From PVC group bacterium (GTDB lineage Bacteria > GCA-001730085 > JADFSZ01), in the NCBI GenBank assembly GCA_022560555.1, contig JADFSZ010000009.1:1-18708 (forward strand): 18,708 nt of DNA. Direction: 5' to 3'. Positions within the stretch are counted from its first letter, which is position 1; each line of letters begins with the position of its first letter. Positions 9,265-17,255 of this stretch are shown here, piece after piece. The notes below the pieces were generated by a model. The model worked only from the letters and a program-made list of their open reading frames with translations, ran no database searches and was not told where the DNA came from. The position numbers and the translations under genes were made by a program.

Positions 9265-10057
9265 AAATATTTGCTTACTTGGGTTCCTGATCATTTTTAC
9301 AATGGGATTTACTTTTCGGGATTATCAAATCCGTAAAGCCAATAACTATTATCACGATGAAAAATATAAAGAGGCTCTTCAGGCGTATCAAAGGTCCGAT
9401 GGGGGGACAGACTCCCCGGAAGTTCCCTATAATACGGGGAACGCTCTGTATAAACTAGAAAAATATGAGGAGGCCCTTGAATATTATCGTCAGGGCTCGG
9501 GATTAGGTGGGGCGCGGGAGGCTGACCGGCTCTACAATGGGGGAAACGCGCATTATCGTCTCGGTCGATATCAAGACGCCTTGTCATCTTTTGAGCGGGC
9601 ACATGATATGGCCCCCGATGATGAGGATATTGTTTACAATATTGAATTTACCAAGAAAAAAATCGAAGAGATGAAAGACCGGGCCCAACAGACAGCCGAG
9701 AAATCCCGCAAGGAAAATCAAAGGCAGAAAAGCGAAGAAGAGCAAGATCAAAACGCCTCCAAGTCGGATACCAATGAGGAGTCCCCTCAAGAGTCCGCAC
9801 AACAGAAAGAAAAGAACGCTGGGGATGAAGGGAAGGAAACGCCTCAACAGCAGGACCCAGGCATAGATGAACCCCGAGAAGAGATCCAGCAAAGTCAAGC
9901 GGATGCCCGAAATGATAAAGAAAAAGAAGCAGATGATTTCAAGAAAGAAGAAGCCGAGAGAATGCTGGATGCTTTATCTGACAGAGAACCCGATCTTTTG
10001 TTTCTCCCTCAAAAAGAAAAAAACGTCCAACAGGGCCGCATATTAAAGGATTGGTAA
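9206..10057 (+). CDS. TPR protein, BatC-like, with charged low-complexity C-terminal region
   Basis: N-terminal TM (ICLLGFLIIFTMGFTF) and TPR repeats (YKEALQAYQRS; YEEALEYYRQG; YQDALSSFERA). A long E/K/Q/D-rich tail ends in ...AERMLDALSDRE...ILKDW. The track start ATG 9206 overlaps the upstream gene by 59 nt. In-frame GTG 9245, 8 nt after AAGGA, is a plausible alternative. Confidence 0.65.
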   Translation: MKCLFPNLKRKFLVRRPPHKNICLLGFLIIFTMGFTFRDYQIRKANNYYHDEKYKEALQAYQRSDGGTDSPEVPYNTGNALYKLEKYEEALEYYRQGSGLGGAREADRLYNGGNAHYRLGRYQDALSSFERAHDMAPDDEDIVYNIEFTKKKIEEMKDRAQQTAEKSRKENQRQKSEEEQDQNASKSDTNEESPQESAQQKEKNAGDEGKETPQQQDPGIDEPREEIQQSQADARNDKEKEADDFKKEEAERMLDALSDREPDLLFLPQKEKNVQQGRILKDW

Positions 10058-10060
10058 ATC

Positions 10061-11953
10061 ATGAAGTTTCGATCGAGTTTTATGCCGCGGTTTTTCATTG
10101 TTATGGTCTTGGGTGTTTTCGGCCTTGTCCCATCTGCATGGGCCGATGAAGTGTCCTTGTCGTTGGATAAAACTGAAATTTTTCTGGGTGATTACGCGAC
10201 GCTTTTAGTTAAAATACGTTCAGGTAAAAATCAGGTTTCTCGACCGGTATTGAAAGACATTCCGGGATTATCGGTGAAATATATAAGTGTGCGCCAAGAA
10301 TCTTATTCAAGCTTTACGCTGGTTTTCAACGGAAAAGGTGTTCAATCGTCCAAAGAAGGCGGCCGGACGATTTTTGAATACAGGCTGACGCCGAAGGCGA
10401 AAGGCGAATACTTATTGGGGACGGATTGGCTGGTTGTTAACAATCAAACGGTTAACACAGAGCCGGTCACGATACGGGTTGTTGATGAAATCCGTAAAAC
10501 CGCAGATGTCTTTATTCAGGTTGAAGCGGATAAAGAGCGTGTTGTATTAGGGGAACAAATTTATTTAACCGTAAAATGGTTTCTGAAAAAAGATGTCGAA
10601 GGATATGTTTTCAATATTCCTTGGATGGAAGAAAATCAGATGTATTTGATGAAGTCTCCGCGTTTGGATCAGAAGCGGGGATATCTGAGTATTCGTGTGA
10701 ATGGAAATCAAGAGGTGATGGGTGAGAAAAGTCAGGTGAATATCCAGGGGGTCCCCTATGCCGTTATTCAGTTTTCAAAAATCATTGTCCCTCTTAAAGT
10801 TGGGGTGATTAGTATAGAACCCATGTTTTTGCGGTGCGATATCGTAACCGGATACCGTAAAAGCCCCCGATCAAAAATGTTTGATAGTTTCTTCAGTAAT
10901 GATTTTTTTGGTTTTGGTCAGGAAACTGTTACGGAATCTGTCGCGACACGCAGTGCTCCGCTCGAAATTCAAGTTGATAAACTACCTGTTGATCATGTCC
11001 CGGAGACATTTACGGGTGCGATAGGGCAATTTGAATTTAATGTGAGCGTTGAGCCTGATCATGTGAGCGTGGGGGACCCGATAACGCTTGCTATCACCAT
11101 TACCGGGACCGGAAATCTGCCCTCAATAAAGGACCCGATATTTCCTGAATTAGTTGGTGTCCGGTCGTATGAACCGGAGGTGACGGCATCTCTGGACGAA
11201 TATAAAAGTGATTGGAGGGGAGAAAAACACTTTCGAAAAATGTATGTGCCGAGTCAGCCGGGCACGCTTGAAATCCCGATTATTCCCTTTAGTTACTTTG
11301 ATACACGTAAGCGCGAATACGTGACGATATCGAAGGGGCCTTTTACCCTGACGGTGGAAGAAGGACAAGTTTTAGGGTTGCCGACGGGGGTGTCTGTACC
11401 GATACATTTGGGCGCCAAGCCGTCTAAAGAGATCGAGATTCTATCCGAAGACATATTGTACATCAAGGATAAGTTAGGCCCTGTCAGGGATGCATCCATA
11501 AAGCGCACAAGGAAGCTTTCTCTTATTTTTCTTTATATATTCTGGCCCTTATTGTGTTTGATTATGTGGACATTAAGAAAAAAACAGCTGAAAAATCGAA
11601 AAAATATTTTTCAGGTTCGACGGAAATATGCGTTAAAATCCGCCATCGGACAGCTGAAAAAGCATACGAAAAACAATTATTTTGAAGACGAAAAGTTTTA
11701 TGATGAATTGATGAAGATTCTTCGGAATTATTTTTGTGATAAGTTGGGATTAACAGCCGCAACCGCTTTGGACGATGTCGCGCGGATGCATGGGGAAAAC
11801 AATGAGCCGGATAGGATATGGAAGCAGATTCAAAATATAACCGAGAAAATTGATTATATACGCTTTGTGAAAAAAGAATCGTCCATTGATGAGCGTATTA
11901 AACTGCGGACGTCTGTGCGGGAACTCATTATTGAAGCAGACAAAAAATTATAA
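10061..11953 (+). CDS. batD: BatD (oxygen-tolerance) family protein
   Basis: 630 aa. Signal peptide (FIVMVLGVFGLVPSAWA|DE), a large extracytoplasmic region, a single C-terminal TM (LSLIFLYIFWPLLCLIMWTL), then a basic cytoplasmic tail. The architecture, size and position after the VWA and TPR genes fit BatD. Confidence 0.75.
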   Translation: MKFRSSFMPRFFIVMVLGVFGLVPSAWADEVSLSLDKTEIFLGDYATLLVKIRSGKNQVSRPVLKDIPGLSVKYISVRQESYSSFTLVFNGKGVQSSKEGGRTIFEYRLTPKAKGEYLLGTDWLVVNNQTVNTEPVTIRVVDEIRKTADVFIQVEADKERVVLGEQIYLTVKWFLKKDVEGYVFNIPWMEENQMYLMKSPRLDQKRGYLSIRVNGNQEVMGEKSQVNIQGVPYAVIQFSKIIVPLKVGVISIEPMFLRCDIVTGYRKSPRSKMFDSFFSNDFFGFGQETVTESVATRSAPLEIQVDKLPVDHVPETFTGAIGQFEFNVSVEPDHVSVGDPITLAITITGTGNLPSIKDPIFPELVGVRSYEPEVTASLDEYKSDWRGEKHFRKMYVPSQPGTLEIPIIPFSYFDTRKREYVTISKGPFTLTVEEGQVLGLPTGVSVPIHLGAKPSKEIEILSEDILYIKDKLGPVRDASIKRTRKLSLIFLYIFWPLLCLIMWTLRKKQLKNRKNIFQVRRKYALKSAIGQLKKHTKNNYFEDEKFYDELMKILRNYFCDKLGLTAATALDDVARMHGENNEPDRIWKQIQNITEKIDYIRFVKKESSIDERIKLRTSVRELIIEADKKL

Positions 11954-11966
11954 TGTTGAGTGTCTT

Positions 11967-12770
11967 ATGAAAAATGAACTTAAAAAGTGGTTTGGTTTAG
12001 CATGTACTTTTCTTTTTATTGCCGGGTTGTTAAATCTCTCCGATGCAAGTGCTCAAGCGCTTAGTCAAAACCTAAACGAGAGGGATGTTCAGCGTATTTT
12101 TCAAAAAGCCAATAAAGCCTACCAAAATCAAGAGTACCTGATGGCCAGGACCCTGTATGAAGAAGTGCTTGAGTCTGTCCGGCAAAACAGCGCGGTATAT
12201 TATAATCTGGGAAATGTATGCTATCAACTTCGTCAATGGGGCTGGTCAAGGTATTACTATGAAAAAGCAAAAAAAATATCACCCACGGATCCTGATGTTC
12301 GGGCGAATTTAAGAATTGTTCTCGGAAAATTACCGTTTTCAGAAGATGTAGTTGGTAAAGCATGGTATGTTCGACTTTTTCTTTCGATTCTTGGCTGGCT
12401 GACCCCCTTTGGCTGGGCCGTTGGCGGTGTCGTGTGTTTAACGATCCTGAGTATTATTTTTTTAATCCGTTTGTACAGTCCGACTTGGAGTTCTTTTCAT
12501 TCCGGGTGTGCCTTATTGTGCGGGATGGCTCTGATTATTTCAGTTCTTTTAAGTGCTGTCGCGCATAAAGTAAATGTATCCGGAACCAGAGTGATTATCG
12601 TCCAGTCTTGTGAGGCGCGATATAGTCCGTCGCTCCGGGGATCTTTGGCGTTTCGTATCGAAGAAGGGCTTGAGTGTCAAAAAATTCGTCAAAAAGATGG
12701 TTGGGTGTTCGTGCGTTTGGACTCCGAGCATGCGGGCTGGATACTTAAAGAATTTGCTGGTACAATATGA
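11967..12770 (+). CDS. TPR + SH3-like domain membrane protein, BatE-like
   Basis: The track ORF begins at 11886 (TTG/ATG) inside batD. I prefer in-frame ATG 11967, which yields a signal peptide (MKNELKKWFGLACTFLFIAGLLNLSDASAQA). It has TPRs (YLMARTLYEEVLE; AVYYNLGNVCYQL), two TM segments and a C-terminal SH3b-like motif (DGWVFVRLDSEHAGWILKEF). Confidence 0.65.
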   Translation: MKNELKKWFGLACTFLFIAGLLNLSDASAQALSQNLNERDVQRIFQKANKAYQNQEYLMARTLYEEVLESVRQNSAVYYNLGNVCYQLRQWGWSRYYYEKAKKISPTDPDVRANLRIVLGKLPFSEDVVGKAWYVRLFLSILGWLTPFGWAVGGVVCLTILSIIFLIRLYSPTWSSFHSGCALLCGMALIISVLLSAVAHKVNVSGTRVIIVQSCEARYSPSLRGSLAFRIEEGLECQKIRQKDGWVFVRLDSEHAGWILKEFAGTI

Positions 12771-13561
12771 AAGCTATGAAAAACATATGGGCCATTATAG
12801 TCCTGACGATGACGAATCTTCTGCGCAGCCGTGTGTATCTCGGTTTAGTTTTTTTTATGCTTCTTATGCTTGCGGCAAGCCAGCTTTTTTCTTATTTTAC
12901 TTTCGAAGAGGAGATTAAAATTGTTATGGATGTCGGACTCGCGGGTCTTACGATGATGGGCTTGTTAACAGCTGTTTTCACGACAGCCTGGAGTTTGCCG
13001 ACGGATCTGGAACAAAAAACTTTATTCATGGTCCTTTCGTATCCGGTGTCAAAGACTCAAATTCTTTTAGGAAAATTCATTTCATGTTCGTTATCCGTTC
13101 TGTGCAACTTGTTCTTCATGGGAGTTATGTTTTGGGTTTTAGTGCTGTTCAAGCTGCAGGATAAAGGTGTCGACTTCCAGTATCTTTCAATGCAACTAGG
13201 CAAAACATTTATTCTTATTGCTATGGAATCCATCGTATCGGTCGGTATTTTACTCCTTATGTCGATCTACTTTACTCCGGTGATCAATATCGTGATGTTC
13301 CTTTTCATTTTCATATTGGGACATGCGGCCGGCATGATCGAAGTTGCCATCATTAAAACGGAGTTCATCTTTTTTTCAGTGATCAGATTTTTATTTATTT
13401 TTATTCCTGATTTGACATATTTTAACATTAGGGACGCTGTTGTTTTAAATCAAGTTGTGTCATGGCATTATGTCGAATGGGCCGTCCTTTACGGGGGTTT
13501 GTACACGGGACTCATGGTAGCCCTTTCTTGTTATCTGTTTGAAAAAAAGGAAATAGTTTAA
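12767..13561 (+). CDS. ABC-2 type transporter permease (NosY/GldF-like)
   Basis: 264-aa polytopic protein with the family hallmark TDLEQKTLFMVLSYPVSKTQILLGKF. ATGA overlap with the BatE-like stop (12767-12770). Confidence 0.75.
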   Translation: MKAMKNIWAIIVLTMTNLLRSRVYLGLVFFMLLMLAASQLFSYFTFEEEIKIVMDVGLAGLTMMGLLTAVFTTAWSLPTDLEQKTLFMVLSYPVSKTQILLGKFISCSLSVLCNLFFMGVMFWVLVLFKLQDKGVDFQYLSMQLGKTFILIAMESIVSVGILLLMSIYFTPVINIVMFLFIFILGHAAGMIEVAIIKTEFIFFSVIRFLFIFIPDLTYFNIRDAVVLNQVVSWHYVEWAVLYGGLYTGLMVALSCYLFEKKEIV

Positions 13562-13574
13562 AGGGGGAAATTTA

Positions 13575-14429
13575 ATGGAAGAACATGTTCTTGACGTTAA
13601 AAATCTGGTTAAATTCTATAAAGGTCTTGGAGGGCTCAAGAAGGTTTTAGCCGTCGATCAATTGAGCCTGTCGGTAAAAAAAGGCGAAGTTTACGGGATT
13701 CTTGGGCCGAACGGGTCGGGAAAGACCACATTGATGAAACTCATTATGGGGCTTTTGTTTCCGTCGAAGGGCCAAATAAAAATATTTGGGAGCTCTGTAA
13801 AAAAACTGTCAATAAAAAAACGTATCGGATTTCTCCCGGAAGAAGCTTATCTTTACCGGTTTCTTTCTGCTGAAGAAACGTTGAAGTTTTTTGCGGAATT
13901 AGCCGATGTTCCGCGTCGAGAGCAAAAAACAAGAATTGCGGATGCTTTACACGTCGTCGGGCTTTTTGAAGCGCGCAAGAGACCCTCACGGACGTATTCT
14001 AAAGGAATGAGCCGGAGATTAGGTCTCGCGCAGATCCTCATTAAAGATCCGGATTTTGTCGTACTCGATGAACCAACCGTTGGCCTGGATCCGATCGGGT
14101 CCCGCGAAATTAAGGAGATTATTCTCGGCCTTAAGGAAAGAGGAAAAACGGTTTTGTTCTCTTCTCATCTTTTAAGTGAGGTTGAAATGGTCTGTGATCG
14201 TATCGGCATTATGCACAAGGGGAAGCTGGTTTTGACGGGCCATTTAAACGAACTGCTTTTAAGAAAGAATGAATATTCTCTTGTCTTGGAAGGATTTGAC
14301 ATAGGTAGACAAAGTGAGCTGGAACAGGTACTCCAAAAAAGTTTTCATGCAAAGGTTATTTCCGTGAATCGCTCGCGCGAAACGATGGAAGATGTGTTTA
14401 TTAAAACAATCAAAAAACACGCATCATGA
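13575..14429 (+). CDS. ABC transporter ATP-binding protein (ABC-2/CcmA-NosF type)
   Basis: Walker A GPNGSGKTT, signature variant YSKGMSRRLGLA, Walker B FVVLDEPTVGLD, H-loop SSHLL. RBS AAGGGGGA upstream. Confidence 0.95.
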   Translation: MEEHVLDVKNLVKFYKGLGGLKKVLAVDQLSLSVKKGEVYGILGPNGSGKTTLMKLIMGLLFPSKGQIKIFGSSVKKLSIKKRIGFLPEEAYLYRFLSAEETLKFFAELADVPRREQKTRIADALHVVGLFEARKRPSRTYSKGMSRRLGLAQILIKDPDFVVLDEPTVGLDPIGSREIKEIILGLKERGKTVLFSSHLLSEVEMVCDRIGIMHKGKLVLTGHLNELLLRKNEYSLVLEGFDIGRQSELEQVLQKSFHAKVISVNRSRETMEDVFIKTIKKHAS

Positions 14430-15205
14430 TTCTCAGCCGAAAAACATTTTCTCTGGCCCGGATAACCTCTCTGGAGATCATTCGTCTTAATTTGTTTTGG
14501 GTTTTGGCGGCATTTTCGGGGATCATTGTAATCTTTACAAAAACATTCTCGGTATATTCAACTAATATTCAGATCAATATGGTTCAGGATATCGGACTCG
14601 TGCTGATTGCAGGTGTGAACACGTTTCTTGTCGTGATCTTGGTCGCATGGATACTTCCGCGGGAGGTCGAAAACAAAACCATTTACGGATTTTTTACTCA
14701 ATCTGTTAGAAAAGTGGATTATGTGGCCGGAAAGTTTTTTGGATTTGCTTTCATATTATTTCTCATGACTTTTTTTTTGTCATTCCTCCTTTTTGTATAT
14801 GTTTGGTTGTCCTTTGATGTTCGCGCGTATCATATTTTCACGGTGGCTTTATTTTCCTATATTGCGAATGTGATTTTGCTTTCCATCACGATATTGTCTT
14901 CAACTGTTTTAACAGGTTCTGTGAATATTTTTTTCGGACTCTTTGTGTATATGATGGGGTCGTTTAATCAATCTCTGGAATATTTAGTCGAACGATCCAT
15001 GGAAATCCCGCTTCTCAAGGCTGGTTTGATCACAGTTTTAAAAATCATCCCGGATTTTGATCGTTTGAATATCCGGGATGAAGTACTTGCCGGGATTCCC
15101 ATTCATTGGGAAGAATTGTGGAGTTATTCTATGGGATCACTTTTGCTGTATGGCGGGGTTTGTCTTATTACGGCTGGTATCGTGTTTTCCCGTCGAGAAT
15201 TTTAA
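14426..15205 (+). CDS. ABC-2 type transporter permease (second, divergent paralog)
   Basis: 259-aa polytopic protein with the hallmark REVENKTIYGFFTQSVRKVDYVAGKF. ATGA overlap with the ATPase stop (14426-14429). Confidence 0.75.
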   Translation: MILSRKTFSLARITSLEIIRLNLFWVLAAFSGIIVIFTKTFSVYSTNIQINMVQDIGLVLIAGVNTFLVVILVAWILPREVENKTIYGFFTQSVRKVDYVAGKFFGFAFILFLMTFFLSFLLFVYVWLSFDVRAYHIFTVALFSYIANVILLSITILSSTVLTGSVNIFFGLFVYMMGSFNQSLEYLVERSMEIPLLKAGLITVLKIIPDFDRLNIRDEVLAGIPIHWEELWSYSMGSLLLYGGVCLITAGIVFSRREF

Positions 15206-15231
15206 GCGGCATGACATTTTAAGGATAACTT

Positions 15232-15933
15232 ATGAATCGTATTTTGAAAGCATATGCTCCCGCTTCTCTCATTGTATTATTGATCTTTTCTGTTTTTTAC
15301 TCTCAAGAAAAAGTTAAGGTGCAGTTGCGGGAAGAAGAGTTTTTTTATTCCGCACAGATTCATCCTGGTCAAGCGTTAGGCGGAATTGTTTTAGCGGGAT
15401 TTAAAGGGCTCGCGGTCGATCTGATTTGGATTAATCTTGACGAAAACTTTCATAGCGGGAGATGGCACCGGGTTTTACCGATGTTTTATACGGTATCCCA
15501 TCTTCAGCCTCATTTTATTCAGAATTGGGCTCTCGGAGCCTGGCATATGGCATTTAATGTTTCGCATGAAGCCCAAAGTATTGAGAAAAAACGCGAGTGG
15601 GTATGGACAGGGATCCGCTTTGTTAAAGAAGGCCTTTCGTATAATCGGGATCGCTATGATCTTTATTTTGAAACAGGATGGATTTATTATCAGAAAGCGA
15701 AACTATTTGACGACCCATGGCTTATGCAAGAAAAGGCAATCATCTTTTTCAAAAGGGCTTTAAGACATAAATCCCCCGAATATGTGCCTCGCTTGATTGG
15801 TCATATTTATCGCAAAGCCGGACGCCGGGAAGAAGCGATCCGGGTTTTTGAGAGTATCCTTGCCCAGCGCCCTCATGATCATGTTGCCAAACGAGTTTTG
15901 GGTGATTTGAAGAACAGTCGGCCGTTAGAGTAG
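15232..15933 (+). CDS. Hypothetical membrane-anchored protein with helical-repeat (TPR-like) C-terminus
   Basis: 233 aa. N-terminal TM (PASLIVLLIFSVFY), a second hydrophobic stretch (ALGGIVLAGFKGLAVDLIWI), a Trp/His-rich core (GRWHRVLPMFYTVSHLQPHFIQNWALGAWHMAFNVS), and a TPR-like end (RREEAIRVFESILAQRPHDHVAKRVL). AAGGA RBS upstream. I do not recognise the family. Confidence 0.55.
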   Translation: MNRILKAYAPASLIVLLIFSVFYSQEKVKVQLREEEFFYSAQIHPGQALGGIVLAGFKGLAVDLIWINLDENFHSGRWHRVLPMFYTVSHLQPHFIQNWALGAWHMAFNVSHEAQSIEKKREWVWTGIRFVKEGLSYNRDRYDLYFETGWIYYQKAKLFDDPWLMQEKAIIFFKRALRHKSPEYVPRLIGHIYRKAGRREEAIRVFESILAQRPHDHVAKRVLGDLKNSRPLE

Positions 15934-16040
15934 TTGCCTTTTCTTATATTCCCATGCGTTTCAATACCTTGCTTCCCAACTATTTATTTCAAAGTGTTTA
16001 CGTAAAACACCTCTGAACATAAGTACTTGGTTGTAATAAC

Positions 16041-16068
16041 TTGACAATCATGTAATTATCGCTAAAAT
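16041..16068 (+). promoter_or_regulatory. Sigma70-like promoter: TTGACA-N16-TAAAAT
   Basis: TTGACA at 16041-16046, a 16-nt spacer, and TAAAAT at 16063-16068. It sits in one of only two long intergenic gaps. The -10 element overlaps the track ATG at 16067. Confidence 0.45.
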
Positions 16069-17212
16069 GATCCTGTCTTTATTTATATGGGGAGGGGATT
16101 TGGAAGATCAGCGCAAATACGATATTCATGATTTATCCCGGCTTTCAGGTTTAGAAGAAAGCAAAATCCGCTTTTATGAAACGAAATTCCCCGAATTTTT
16201 TTCCGCTCTTGATGAGCGTGCGTGGCGACGGTACGAGCCCCGGCATGTCCAAACCCTGATCAAAATTCGTCAATATTTCGAAGTTCAGAAGTATCCCATT
16301 TCGCGTATTAAACGAGAGCTGTTTCAAAATCAAGTAAGCCAAAAGCCTCCGGTGAGTTCCGATAAAAATCGAAAAAATAAAAGCCGGATTATCAGTGTTT
16401 CCAGCGCGAAAGGCGGTGTCGGAAAGACAACATTTTCTGTTAATCTCGCCATGGAATTGGCTCACCTGGGATATCGTGTGGCCATTTTTGACGGGGATCT
16501 TGGCTTGTCCAATGTACATATTTTTATGGGAGTCAACCCGAAATATAACTTGGGACATGTGATAAAGGGCGCCCGGCGGTTTTCTGAAATTGTTACGGAA
16601 GGCCCCAATGGTATCCAAGTGGTTTCGGGGGGGTCCGGGATATTCGAACTCGCGAACCTGAGCCCCGATAAGAGAGAAGAAATCATTTCAGATCTTTGCC
16701 ATTTTGAAAAGGACCATGACTTTCTCATTATTGATACGGGAGCCGGAATTTCCGAAAACGTGATCAGTTTTCTCAATATGGCCGATGAGGTTTTTGTTGT
16801 TACCACCAGAGATATAGCGGCCATTACGGACGCGTATGGACTCATAAAAATCCTTGTCCAAAATAATCATGAAGTCGAGATCCGTCTTATTGTGAATCGT
16901 GTTTTGGCTCCGGAGCATGCTCGTCCCGTTTATGAAAAAATCAGTAAATGTTCGCGTAAATTTCTTAATTATCAAATTAAATCATTCCATCATATCGTGG
17001 AGGACTTGTCATGTTTTCAGGCGGCCCAGAGGCGGTTGCCGCTGAGGGAAAGCTATCCTCGATCATACGCTTTGGAATGTATTCAGAATATTGCCCTTGA
17101 TATCCGGAGCCGGAAGTTAGTAAGTAAAGACAGAGGCCCTCATGCGTTTTTTAGCCGTCTATTTGAAGCCCCGGTTGAAATGTGGAAAAAAGTATCATCG
17201 CAAGCTGTTTAA
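16067..17212 (+). CDS. MerR-type HTH domain fused to a MinD/FlhG (ParA superfamily) P-loop ATPase
   Basis: N-terminal YDIHDLSRLSGLEESKIRFYE...RRYEPRHVQTLIKIRQY is a MerR-like wHTH. After a K/S/P linker comes a deviant Walker A (SAKGGVGKTT, nt 16409-16429), then AIFDGDLGLSNV, GIQVVSGGSG, and FLIIDTGAGISENVISFLNMADEVFVVTT, all close to FlhG/YlxH. The real start is probably TTG 16100, preceded by GGAGG at 16091-16095 (see findings). Confidence 0.85.
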   Translation: MILSLFIWGGDLEDQRKYDIHDLSRLSGLEESKIRFYETKFPEFFSALDERAWRRYEPRHVQTLIKIRQYFEVQKYPISRIKRELFQNQVSQKPPVSSDKNRKNKSRIISVSSAKGGVGKTTFSVNLAMELAHLGYRVAIFDGDLGLSNVHIFMGVNPKYNLGHVIKGARRFSEIVTEGPNGIQVVSGGSGIFELANLSPDKREEIISDLCHFEKDHDFLIIDTGAGISENVISFLNMADEVFVVTTRDIAAITDAYGLIKILVQNNHEVEIRLIVNRVLAPEHARPVYEKISKCSRKFLNYQIKSFHHIVEDLSCFQAAQRRLPLRESYPRSYALECIQNIALDIRSRKLVSKDRGPHAFFSRLFEAPVEMWKKVSSQAV

Positions 17213-17255
17213 TGGAAGATAGCTCGCTTATCGTTAAGCTTAAGGAGGAAGGAAC

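Noticed and set aside
15954-16016. A 20-codon ORF (MRFNTLLPNYLFQSVYVKHL) in the 15934-16066 gap.
   Set aside because: It has no RBS, is very short, and covers the inverted repeat, which is better explained as a regulatory site.
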